Shown one piece after another: positions 10,180-19,127 of a DNA stretch of 27,753 nucleotides (position 1 is the stretch's first letter; every line of letters starts with the position of its first letter). The notes under the pieces were generated by a model. It was given only the letters and a program-made list of their open reading frames with translations. It was not told the DNA's origin and made no database searches. Both the position numbers and the translations under genes were made by a program. Source of the stretch: Thermoanaerobaculia bacterium (GTDB lineage: Bacteria > Acidobacteriota > Thermoanaerobaculia > Multivoradales > UBA5704); NCBI GenBank assembly GCA_044226625.1, contig JBGAGQ010000079.1, positions 1-27,753 on the forward strand, read 5' to 3'.

Positions 10180-12830
10180 GCCGGCGCGATCGAGAGATCG
10201 GGCGGCGGACACCGCCGCTCCTCGCCCGCGCGAACCGGCGGCATCTCCTCCGCCACCCCTGGCAGCTCGCGCTCGCCGTCGCCGGCGTGGCGCTCGGGGT
10301 TGCCGTTTTCCTGTCGATCGATCTCGCGAACCAGAGCGCGAAGAAAGCCCTCGCGCTGTCGCTCGGCGCGCTCCAGGGCAAGGCAACGCACGAGATCGTC
10401 GCGAGCTCCCCCGAGGGGATCCCCGAGGAGGTCTTCGTCCGCCTCGTCCAGTCCGGAGTCGAGCCCGCGGCGCCGGTGATCGAGGCGACGGCGGTCGTCA
10501 CTCCGCGCGCTCCGGGCTCGCGCCCCGAGGCGATCCCGCTGCTCGGCGTCGATCCGTTCTCCGAGGCGCCGTTCCGACCGGCGTTCGGAAGGATCAGCCA
10601 GGGCACCCAGGAAGGAACCCCGGGGCTCGACCTCGCGGCGTTCCTCAACCGGCCGGGCGCTTGCCTGCTCGCCCGCGCGACCGCAGGGCGGCTCGGCCTT
10701 GCACCGGGCGACCGGTTCCCCGCGCGCCTGGGCCCCGCGGTCCATCCGCTCTTCCTCGCCGGAACGATCGAGCTACCGCCCGGAGAGGCGGAGGCCTCTT
10801 CGATCAACGATCTCTTGGTCTGCGACCTATCCACCGCGCAGGAGGCGACCGGCCGCCTCGGCCGGCTGTCCCGCATCGACCTCCTCCTGCCCAAGAACGC
10901 CCAGGAAACCGAGCGGGTCCGCGCTCTCCTCCCCCCCGGTCTCGTGCTGCGGGAAGCCGCGGGGCGCCTGCGCGAAGGCGACGAGATGACTCGCGCGTTC
11001 CGGATGAACCTCCAGGCGCTCTCCCTCCTCGCCCTGGTGTGCGGCACGTTTCTGATCTACAACACGATGACCTTCCTAGTGGTCGAGCGGCGGCGCCTGA
11101 TCGGCCTGCTGCGCGCCCTCGGTGCCACGCGGCAGGAGATCTTCCGCGGCGTGCTCTGGGAGGCCGCGGCGATCGGCGCGGCCGGCACGCTCCTCGGCCT
11201 CGTAGTGGGGGTGGCGCTCGGCCGCGGCTTGGTGCGCCTCGTCGCCTCGACGATCAACGACCTCTATTTCGCCCTGTCGGTCCGGGAGCTCGCGCTTCCC
11301 TGGACGACGTTCGCCCTGGCCGTCGCCGTGGGGCTCGGGGTCACGCTGCTCGCGGCGCTCCCCCCCGCGATCGAGGCGACCGGCACGCCGCCCCAGGGGG
11401 TCCTCGTCCGCTCGGTGCTGGAAGCGCGAAGCGGCCGGGCTTTGCGCCGCGCGAGCGCGGGCGGCGCTGCGTTCCTGGCGCTCGGGCTCGCCGCGCTGCC
11501 GTTCGGCGGCGCCTTCGCGTCGTTCGTCGTGATGTTCGGGGCGATCCTCGGCTTCGCCCTGCTCGCTCCAGGCGGCGCGGTTCTCCTCGGCAGGCTGTTT
11601 CGGGCGCCGCTGCGAAACACCCCCAGTGGGCCGCCCCGCGGGTCCGGCCGCCTCGGCCGGATCAACTGGCTCGGTAGGATGGCAGCCTCCAGCCTCGAGC
11701 GGAACCTCTCGCGGACCGGCGTGGCCGTGGCGGCCCTGGTCGTCGCCGTCTCGGTCACCGTCGGTGTGGGGGCGATGATCGCGAGCTTCCGAGGCAGCGT
11801 CGAGCGGTGGCTCGACCGTTCGCTCGCGGCCGACCTCTACGTCGCCCCGGCGGAGCGAGACTCGGGCTTCGTCGGCGCCTCGCGTCCGGCGGAGGTCCTG
11901 GTTCGGCTGGCCGCGATCCCCGGGGTCCGCCGCGTCTGGCCGCTCCGCCGGGCGGAGGCGGCTTCGCCGGCCTCCGGCAACCGGGCGGCGGGCACCGTCC
12001 GCCTGGTCGCCGTGGAGGCGGACCCCGCGGCGACGGTGCTGCGGCAAGGCGATCCCGAAGCGGCCTGGGCCGGCTTCGCGCGCGGGGAGATCCTCGCTTC
12101 CGAGCCGCTCGCCACCCGCCTCGGGCTCGAGGTCGGCTCGACCCTGCCGCTCGCGACGGCCATGGGCGTCCGGCGCTTCCGCGTCGCCGGGATCTATCAG
12201 GATTACGCCTCCGACCGGGGCATCGCGATGATCGACCGCGAGCACTACCGGCGTCTCTGGCGCGACGACCGGGTCTCGGGAATTGGGCTCGATCTCGCGC
12301 CCGGCGCGAGCGAGAACGAGGTCGCGCGGGTCGCGGCGGCCGTCCGCGCTCTCGACCCGAGCCGGCCGCTCGGGGTGCGGAGCACCAAGGAGCTCAAGCG
12401 CCGCTCGCTCGTGGTCTTCGACCGGACCTTTCGGATCACCGGGGTGCTCCGCCTGCTGGCGGGGCTGGTCGCCTTCCTTGGCGTGCTCCAGGCGCTCCTC
12501 GCGCTCCAGCTCGAACGGACCCGAGAAATCGGCGTGCTGCGCGCGCTCGGCATGACGAACGGCGAGGTGGGCGCCTTGGTCGCCGCCGAGACCGGCCTGT
12601 TGGGCCTCTCGGCCGGCCTCCTCTCGCTCCCCGTGGGCTTCGTCCTGGCGCTGGTCCTGGTCGAGGTGATCAACCGCCGCTCGTTCGGCTGGAGCATGGA
12701 CCTCGAGCTGACGCCGGGGGTGTTCCTCGGCGCGGTGGCGCTCGCGCTCTCGGCCGCGCTGCTCGCCGGGATCTTTCCGGCGCGGCGCATGGCGCGCACC
12801 TCCCCCGCCGAGGCGCTCCGCGAGGAATGA
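10176..12830 (+). CDS. ABC permease with duplicated MacB/FtsX domains (AttF/G type)
   Basis: Two FtsX-like halves (ERRRLIGLLRALGATR; ERTREIGVLRALGMT) and INRRSFGWSM. GTGA overlap with the ATPase gene. Confidence 0.92.
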   Translation: MSRRDREIGRRTPPLLARANRRHLLRHPWQLALAVAGVALGVAVFLSIDLANQSAKKALALSLGALQGKATHEIVASSPEGIPEEVFVRLVQSGVEPAAPVIEATAVVTPRAPGSRPEAIPLLGVDPFSEAPFRPAFGRISQGTQEGTPGLDLAAFLNRPGACLLARATAGRLGLAPGDRFPARLGPAVHPLFLAGTIELPPGEAEASSINDLLVCDLSTAQEATGRLGRLSRIDLLLPKNAQETERVRALLPPGLVLREAAGRLREGDEMTRAFRMNLQALSLLALVCGTFLIYNTMTFLVVERRRLIGLLRALGATRQEIFRGVLWEAAAIGAAGTLLGLVVGVALGRGLVRLVASTINDLYFALSVRELALPWTTFALAVAVGLGVTLLAALPPAIEATGTPPQGVLVRSVLEARSGRALRRASAGGAAFLALGLAALPFGGAFASFVVMFGAILGFALLAPGGAVLLGRLFRAPLRNTPSGPPRGSGRLGRINWLGRMAASSLERNLSRTGVAVAALVVAVSVTVGVGAMIASFRGSVERWLDRSLAADLYVAPAERDSGFVGASRPAEVLVRLAAIPGVRRVWPLRRAEAASPASGNRAAGTVRLVAVEADPAATVLRQGDPEAAWAGFARGEILASEPLATRLGLEVGSTLPLATAMGVRRFRVAGIYQDYASDRGIAMIDREHYRRLWRDDRVSGIGLDLAPGASENEVARVAAAVRALDPSRPLGVRSTKELKRRSLVVFDRTFRITGVLRLLAGLVAFLGVLQALLALQLERTREIGVLRALGMTNGEVGALVAAETGLLGLSAGLLSLPVGFVLALVLVEVINRRSFGWSMDLELTPGVFLGAVALALSAALLAGIFPARRMARTSPAEALREE

Positions 12831-12865
12831 GGAATCGGGGATGAGCACGGCCCTCGGCGATTTCC

Positions 12866-12933
12866 GTAGGGGCGGAGCTAGCCTCCGCCAGAGATCCGTG
12901 GCCTCCGCGGGTGGAGGCGAGCTCCGCCCCTCC
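12866..12933. repeat. GTAG-type REP-like palindrome present as an inverted doublet
   Basis: 12866-12890 GTAGGGGCGGAGCTAGCCTCCGCCA and the reverse complement of 12909-12933 GGAGGGGCGGAGCTCGCCTCCACCC match at 21/25. Each unit is a GTAG-like tetramer plus an internal GGCGGAG...CTCCGCC hairpin. Confidence 0.6.
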
Positions 12934-14181
12934 ATGCACGGAAGCCACAGCCCGAAGAGACACCTCCTCCGGTCGCTCCTCGTGATGCCGCTTATCCTCC
13001 TCTCGGCCTGCGGCGGCCGGCCGGCGGAGAGGGTCGGCCCCGGTGGCGGGGCGCGCGGGGTCGCCGCTTCGCTTTCCTCGCGCGATGCGGCGGAGGACCG
13101 CGGGTTCTCCCGCGCGCTCGCGCCGCGGACGTTCGTCTTTCCGGCCGACCACGGGCCGCATCCCGATTTCCGGACCGAATGGTGGTACGTCACTGGCCAC
13201 CTGAAGAGCCGCGAAGGGCGCTCGTTCGGATTCCAGTGGACCCTCTTCCGCCGGGCGCTCGCTCCCGTCGCGGCAGAGCGCGCCTCGCGCTGGGGCGCGC
13301 GCGACGTCTACCTTGGCCATTTCGCGGTCTCGGACCTAGCGCCCGGAGGGAGCGGATTCCGATCCTTCGAGCGCTTCCGCCGCGCGGCGCTCGGCCTCGC
13401 CGGAGCGACCGCCACGCCGTTTCGCGTCTGGCTGGACGACTGGTCGCTCGAGAGCGCGGCCCCGGCCAAGCCGGGAGATCCTTCCGGACCGGTTTGGCCC
13501 GCCCACCTGCGAGCCCGCGCGGGGCGAGGGGCGGATACCCGTCGGCTCGACCTGGTTCTCGACGAAGGGGTACCGCCGGTTCTTCAAGGCGACCGGGGGC
13601 TCTCGAAGAAAGGTCCGGCCCCGGGCGAGGCGAGCTACTACTACTCGCTCCCCCGCATGCCGGCCCGAGGCACGGTCCAGATCGGCGCCACCAGCTTCGA
13701 AGTGACGGGAATCGCCTGGCTCGATCGCGAATGGAGCACAGGAGGTCTGCCCGCCGGCCTCGCCGGGTGGGACTGGTTCGCGCTCCGGCTCGCCGACGGA
13801 CGCGAGGTGATGCTCTACCGACTCCGCCAGGAGGACGGTACGGCGGCCCCCGAAAGCCTCGGTACGGTGATCGGTGTGGACGGTTCGGCCCGCACGGTCG
13901 AATGGGGGAAGCTCGAGCTGGGCGAGACCGCCACCTGGACCAGCCGTCGCAGCGGCAGCCGCTACCCTGCCGGCTGGCGAATCCGCATCCCCGGAGAGTC
14001 GCTCGACCTCGAGCTGCGTCCGAAGCTCGCCGACCAGGAGCTGGCCGGGCCGTTCACCTACTGGGAAGGGGCGGTGGCGGTCTCCGGAACGAGCGGCGGA
14101 CGACCGATCGCGGGCGACGGGTACGTCGAGCTCACCGGTTACGCCGACCGGTCCGGGCACGAGCGCCCGCCGGGCGGTTGA
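12934..14181 (+). CDS. Lipocalin-like/CrtC-hydratase-like lipoprotein (AttH type)
   Basis: FPADHGPHPDFRTEWWYVTG, ASYYYS, WLDREWS, GWDWF, YWEGAV and GYVELTGY motifs. Lipobox LSAC fits a start at 12934; 12841 is the alternative. Confidence 0.87.
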   Translation: MHGSHSPKRHLLRSLLVMPLILLSACGGRPAERVGPGGGARGVAASLSSRDAAEDRGFSRALAPRTFVFPADHGPHPDFRTEWWYVTGHLKSREGRSFGFQWTLFRRALAPVAAERASRWGARDVYLGHFAVSDLAPGGSGFRSFERFRRAALGLAGATATPFRVWLDDWSLESAAPAKPGDPSGPVWPAHLRARAGRGADTRRLDLVLDEGVPPVLQGDRGLSKKGPAPGEASYYYSLPRMPARGTVQIGATSFEVTGIAWLDREWSTGGLPAGLAGWDWFALRLADGREVMLYRLRQEDGTAAPESLGTVIGVDGSARTVEWGKLELGETATWTSRRSGSRYPAGWRIRIPGESLDLELRPKLADQELAGPFTYWEGAVAVSGTSGGRPIAGDGYVELTGYADRSGHERPPGG

Positions 14182-14290
14182 TCTCGAACGAGGCGTTTCG
14201 ATCTTCGCGGCGAGCCCGGCGAGTTGAAAAGGGACTGGTAGAGTCTGGTCTCGTCCACGGGCTCACGGGTCCCGTTTCGAGGAGACAGAC

Positions 14291-16300
14291 ATGTTCGAGC
14301 CCGCCTCCCCCTTGCGTCGATCTGCGCTGACCGCAGCCGTCTTCGGCCTCTGCCTCGGTTTCAGCTTCGCTTGCGGCACGGGAAGCCGCACCGCGCCGGC
14401 TCCTCGCACGGCAGCGTCCCAGCCCGCGGTGCCCGCGGCCCCGGCCCTCCCGACCGCTCCGGCCGAGCCCGCCGCGCCGAGCTACACGATCGAGCAGTTT
14501 CTCGGCACCACCAATTTCTTCGGCGCTTCGTTTTCTCCCGACGGCTCGAAGGTCCTCGTCTCCTCCGACCAGACCGGTGTCTTCAACGCCTTCGCCCTGC
14601 CGATCGCGGGGGGCGAGCCGATCCAGCTCACCCGGTCGACCGAGACGCTCCGCACGATCGGCTATTTCCCGCGCGACGAGCGCTTCCTCTTCTCCTCCGA
14701 CCAGGGGGGCAACGAGATCTCCCACGTCTACGTGCGCGAGCTCGACGGTTCGGTGCGCGACCTCACGCCGGGCGAAAAAGTGAAGGCGGAGTTCGGTACC
14801 TGGTCGGCCGACGACGCCTCGTTCTTCGTCCTCACCAACGAGCGCGATCCGAAGTACTTCGACCTCTATCGCATCTCGACCGACGGCTATGCGCGCGAGC
14901 TGCTGTTCCAGAACGACGGCGGCTACGAGCTGCGCGGCATCTCGCCCGACCAGCGGTGGCTGGCGCTCGGCAAGGCGCAGACGACGCTCGACAACGACAT
15001 CTATCTCTACGACCGGACGACGCGGCAGACGAAACACATCACGGCCCACGAAGGAGAAAGCTCCCACGACGCCGGGCCGTTCAGCCGCGACAGCGCCTGG
15101 CTCTACTACCGCACGAACGAGGGGACCGAGTTCCAGAAGCTGGTGCGGTACGAGATCGCGACCGGCAAGCGGGAGGTGGTGCTCGCCCCGGAATGGGACG
15201 TGACGGACGCGGTCCTCTCCAAGGACGGCCGCCTGCTCGCCGTTTCGATCAATCGCGACGCGCGGACCGAGATTCAGCTGTTCGAGACCGCGGGAATGAA
15301 GCCGGTCGACCTCCCCGCGCTCCCCGACGCGGAGATCGCGAGCGTTCGGTTCTCCGCCGACGGCAAGCGGCTCGCCTTCTACGCCGACTCCGCACGCTCG
15401 CCCGCGAATCTCCTGGTCTACGACCTGACGAGCCGCGAGCTTCGCCCGCTCACCCGGGCGCTCGATCCGAGCCTCGACCCGAAAGCCCTGGTGGACGCCC
15501 AGGTGGTGCGCTTCCGCGCCCGCGATGGGGTCATCATCCCGGGGCTCCTCTACATGCCGAAAGGGGTGACGCCCGCGCATCCCGCGCCCGCGGTGGTCTG
15601 GGTGCACGGGGGCCCGGGCGACCAGTCGCGGGTGGGCTATCGGGCATTCATCCAGTACCTGGCGAACCACGGCTACGCGGTCTACGCGATCAACAACCGC
15701 GGGAGCTCGGGCTACGGCAAGACGTTCTTCCAGATGGACGACCGGAAGCATGGCAACGCCGACCTCGACGACTGCGTGGACGCCAAGAAGATGCTCGAGG
15801 CGACCGGCGTGATCGATCCGAACAAGATCGGCATCCTGGGCGGAAGCTACGGCGGCTACATGGTGCTCGCCGCGCTCGCGTTCCGGCCGCAGGAATTTCC
15901 CGTCGGCGTGGACCTCTTCGGCGTCTCCAACTGGGTGCGGACGCTCGAGAGCATTCCCGCGTGGTGGGCGACGACGCGCCAGGCGCTCTACAAGGAGCTC
16001 GGCGATCCGGCCGCCGATCGCGACTACCTGACCCGGATCTCGCCGCTCTTCCACGCCCAGAACATCGTCAAGCCGTTGATCGTCCTCCAGGGAGCGAACG
16101 ATCCGCGCGTGCTCAAGGCCGAGTCGGACGAGATCGTCGCCGCAGTCCGGAAGAACGGCGTTCCGGTCGAATACGTAGTGTTTCCCGACGAAGGGCACGG
16201 CTTCACCAAGAAAGCGAACCAGGCGAAAGGATACGAGGCAGTGCTCCGCTTCCTCGACCTCCATCTGAAGGGCGCCCCGGGCGCACAAGCGGGACGGTGA
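14291..16300 (+). CDS. S9 family peptidase (prolyl oligopeptidase/acylaminoacyl peptidase-like), probable lipoprotein
   Basis: Beta-propeller repeats, VHGGP, nucleophile GGSYGG, QGANDPRV and DEGHG triad motifs. SFAC lipobox. GAGGAG RBS. Confidence 0.95.
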   Translation: MFEPASPLRRSALTAAVFGLCLGFSFACGTGSRTAPAPRTAASQPAVPAAPALPTAPAEPAAPSYTIEQFLGTTNFFGASFSPDGSKVLVSSDQTGVFNAFALPIAGGEPIQLTRSTETLRTIGYFPRDERFLFSSDQGGNEISHVYVRELDGSVRDLTPGEKVKAEFGTWSADDASFFVLTNERDPKYFDLYRISTDGYARELLFQNDGGYELRGISPDQRWLALGKAQTTLDNDIYLYDRTTRQTKHITAHEGESSHDAGPFSRDSAWLYYRTNEGTEFQKLVRYEIATGKREVVLAPEWDVTDAVLSKDGRLLAVSINRDARTEIQLFETAGMKPVDLPALPDAEIASVRFSADGKRLAFYADSARSPANLLVYDLTSRELRPLTRALDPSLDPKALVDAQVVRFRARDGVIIPGLLYMPKGVTPAHPAPAVVWVHGGPGDQSRVGYRAFIQYLANHGYAVYAINNRGSSGYGKTFFQMDDRKHGNADLDDCVDAKKMLEATGVIDPNKIGILGGSYGGYMVLAALAFRPQEFPVGVDLFGVSNWVRTLESIPAWWATTRQALYKELGDPAADRDYLTRISPLFHAQNIVKPLIVLQGANDPRVLKAESDEIVAAVRKNGVPVEYVVFPDEGHGFTKKANQAKGYEAVLRFLDLHLKGAPGAQAGR

Positions 16301-16337
16301 GTCCGCCCGCCGGCCGGCCGGCCCACCCTGGAATGAC

Positions 16338-17573
16338 ATGGGAATCGGCACGGGAATGACGGCGGCGCCGCCGTTCCTGCCGCTCGCCCTGTTCGGCCTC
16401 ACCTACCTGGGCTTGGCGCTCGGCCAGATCCCGCCGTTCCGCCTCGACCGGACCGGTTTCGCGCTGCTCGGCGCCGTCGCCTTCCTCGCCACTGGAGCGA
16501 TCGACGTAGCGCAGGCGAAAGACGCGGTGGACGCGCCGACTCTCGCCCTCCTGTTCGGCATGATGATCCTCTCCGCCCAGTATCGGATCTCGGGGCTCTA
16601 CGGCGCGATCGGGCGGCGGCTGGTCGCGATCGCCGACGAGCGTCGCCTGCTCGCCGGAACGATCGTGATCGGCGCGGCGCTCGCGGCGCTGCTCACCAAC
16701 GACGTCGTCTGCTTCGCGCTCGCCCCTCTCCTCGGCGGCGCCCTGCTCGCTTCGGGCCGGGATCCCCTCCCCCACCTGGTCGCGCTCGCCTGCGCCTCGA
16801 ACCTCGGCAGCGCGCTCACGCCGATCGGCAATCCGCAGAACATCCTGATCGCCCAGCGGCTGGCGCTGCCTTTCCTCCCGTTCGTGGTCGCCTGCGCGCT
16901 GCCGGTCGCGGCCTCCCTGGTCGTGCTCTACGCCCTGCTCGCGCCGCGGCTCGGGCGCCGGACCGCGCCGCGCGTGGCGATCGACCAACCGGCGGATCCG
17001 CCGCTCGATCGCCGACAGGCGATCAAGGCGGTCTTTCTCACGCTCGCGGCGATCCCCCTCTTTCTCTCCCCGGTTCCGCTGCCGCTCACCGCGCTCGCAA
17101 TCGCCGGCGTCGTGCTGGTGAGCCGGCGCAACCCGACCCGCGACATGCTCGATCTGGTCGACTGGCCGCTGCTCGCCCTGTTCGTCGGGCTGTTCGTGGT
17201 GGTCCGGGGGTTCGAGCTATCGGGCTGGACCGCCTGGGTGGGCGACCGGGTTGCGCAGGCGGGCATCGATCTCACCCATCCGCCGGTCCTCGTGCCGGTG
17301 GTCGCCCTGCTCAGCAACCTGGTGGGCAACGTCCCCGCCGTGATGATGCTCCTGCCGTTCGCTGGCAAGGGGGCCGCGGTGGGTCATGCCCTGGCGCTCG
17401 CCAGCACGTTCGCCGGCAACGCCCTGCTGATCGGCAGCATCGCGAATCTGATCGTCGCCGAGCAAGCCGCCCGGATCGGCATCCGGCTCGGATTTCGCGA
17501 GCACGCGCGGATCGGCGTGCCGGTAACCCTCGCCGCGCTGTCGTTCGCGATCCTGTCGCTTCTGGCGGGCTAG
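16338..17573 (+). CDS. ArsB/NhaD (ion transporter superfamily) anion permease, YbiR/Lsi2-like
   Basis: LLTNDVVC, SNLGSALTPIGNPQN, SNLVGNVPAV and STFAGNALLIGSIANLIV motifs; multiple TM helices. Alternative start at 16356. Confidence 0.9.
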   Translation: MGIGTGMTAAPPFLPLALFGLTYLGLALGQIPPFRLDRTGFALLGAVAFLATGAIDVAQAKDAVDAPTLALLFGMMILSAQYRISGLYGAIGRRLVAIADERRLLAGTIVIGAALAALLTNDVVCFALAPLLGGALLASGRDPLPHLVALACASNLGSALTPIGNPQNILIAQRLALPFLPFVVACALPVAASLVVLYALLAPRLGRRTAPRVAIDQPADPPLDRRQAIKAVFLTLAAIPLFLSPVPLPLTALAIAGVVLVSRRNPTRDMLDLVDWPLLALFVGLFVVVRGFELSGWTAWVGDRVAQAGIDLTHPPVLVPVVALLSNLVGNVPAVMMLLPFAGKGAAVGHALALASTFAGNALLIGSIANLIVAEQAARIGIRLGFREHARIGVPVTLAALSFAILSLLAG

Positions 17574-18871
17574 CAGCGCACCCCGATCACGCCGCGCCGT
17601 GGATCGGACGAGGAACGGAGCGCCAACTCGAGGAACGGCTGGGTGGCGAGCGGATCCATCTGGCTCAGGCGGTAATGGAGGCGAACCCCCGACTCGAACA
17701 GGACCCGCAGCAGCTCGCAGCGCTGCTCGACCGGCTCCGACGCCGCGCTGAACGCCGGCATCATGCGGCTCTCCGCGCAGATGTAGCGGGCCCAGCAGCC
17801 ATCGCACGCGGCGGTCGTCCGCGGCCCACCGCCGAATCCGTCGACGCCTACCCAAAGGCTCGCGACCTCGGACGGTTCCATGTCGCGCAGACCGAAAGTC
17901 GAGTCGACGTCGCCGATCCAGGCGGGGCGGCGCACCGGCTCCCGATCGAAGTCGAACATCGGCTCGCGTTGGAGCAGCCGGCCGACCAGCCGCGTGAGCG
18001 GCTGGAAATCGATCGGCGCGGCCTGCGCCTCGAGCCCGGAACAGATTTCCTCCGAGATCGTCTGGAGGTCCGTCACGAGATCGCGGAGCTCTCCGCCGCT
18101 TCTCGGCTCTTCACCCGTCGGCCACGCGATGTCGAGATGTTGGATCCCCGAGCTTTCGGCGAGTTGCCAGGCGTCACGCAAGCGGACGCCGCGGGAGAAA
18201 TCGAGCCCCAGGGTCAGGCGATCGCCCAACCGGTGGGCGAGCGAAGCGAGGACCGGCGCCAGCTTCCGCTCGGCTTCGCACAAGGAGACCGGGCCGGCCA
18301 GAACGCGCAGTGGGAACGTCTCGTCGACCAGATAGCGGACCGTCGGCTCATCGAGCGCCGAGACGGGAAGGGTGATCTCGAACGAGATCGCCCGCCGACT
18401 GGCCGCGGCGAGTCGTCGCGCTTCGGCGAGGAACCGGCGCAGGACCACCACACCCGGAAAGCCGATCTCCCAATGGCAGCGGATCTTCACCGGCCCGCGC
18501 TCGCCCCCCGGCCGGAAAATCCCCTCGATCAGCTCGAACAGCTCGGCCTCGGTCGGACGGTCGAGCTGCCACTCCCGGTCCCCGCTCGCCGTCGACCATT
18601 TGCCCGACGCCGAGAGATCCTCCGCCTCCCCCCCCTCGGCGAACCGGTCCGAGGTGAGGAGATCTTCATGGATCAGCCAGCTGAGCATTTCCTCGGTCGG
18701 CTCCGTCCGATCGAGAGCGAGGCTCACATACGCCTGAAGCTCCGACGGAACTTCGAGGACCATCCCCCGTTCCAGGTCGTAGATCAAGTCGCAGGCGCCG
18801 TTCTGGGCGTCGAGAGCGTGCAGGTTGCGCAAACGCAGGGCTCCGGGCATGGGAATTTGGGCGGTATTCAT
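17570..18871 (-). CDS. Hypothetical protein resembling a degenerate radical SAM/SPASM peptide maturase
   Basis: C-terminal CDGCWARYIC...C resembles the distal SPASM cluster. No CxxxCxxC. GAGGGA RBS upstream. Stop overlaps the convergent permease stop. Confidence 0.65.
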   Translation of the reverse strand: MNTAQIPMPGALRLRNLHALDAQNGACDLIYDLERGMVLEVPSELQAYVSLALDRTEPTEEMLSWLIHEDLLTSDRFAEGGEAEDLSASGKWSTASGDREWQLDRPTEAELFELIEGIFRPGGERGPVKIRCHWEIGFPGVVVLRRFLAEARRLAAASRRAISFEITLPVSALDEPTVRYLVDETFPLRVLAGPVSLCEAERKLAPVLASLAHRLGDRLTLGLDFSRGVRLRDAWQLAESSGIQHLDIAWPTGEEPRSGGELRDLVTDLQTISEEICSGLEAQAAPIDFQPLTRLVGRLLQREPMFDFDREPVRRPAWIGDVDSTFGLRDMEPSEVASLWVGVDGFGGGPRTTAACDGCWARYICAESRMMPAFSAASEPVEQRCELLRVLFESGVRLHYRLSQMDPLATQPFLELALRSSSDPRRGVIGVRC

Positions 18872-19076
18872 GGCGCTTCCCTCAAGTCGATTTCGCAGAT
18901 CCTTCTCGAAGCTATCTCTTTCAATCTACTGCAATTAGCACGCTCTACCCTGAATGTTGCCGCACCCCCACCAAAGGTGGACAACTTTCGCCAAGAAAGA
19001 TGTGATTCAGAGGCTCTTTGAAGACCGCCCCAGGCGGGGGGAAACCGGAAAAACGCGGAGGAAGGCGGGGAAACGC

Positions 19077-19113
19077 GGGGACGGGCGAGGCGCGGCTCGC
19101 CGCGCCCGTCCCC
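19077..19113 (-). terminator. GC-rich hairpin downstream of the minus-strand S9 peptidase
   Basis: GGGGACGGGCG...CGCCCGTCCCC 11-bp stem just past the stop; only a weak T run (GCGTTT) follows on the minus strand. Confidence 0.5.
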
Positions 19114-19127
19114 GGTGGAAACGGTGC

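Noticed and set aside
18931-18944. Sigma54-like site upstream of the SPASM-like gene (minus strand AGCGTGCTAATTGC)
   Set aside because: The -12 TTGC is present but the essential -24 GG is AG.
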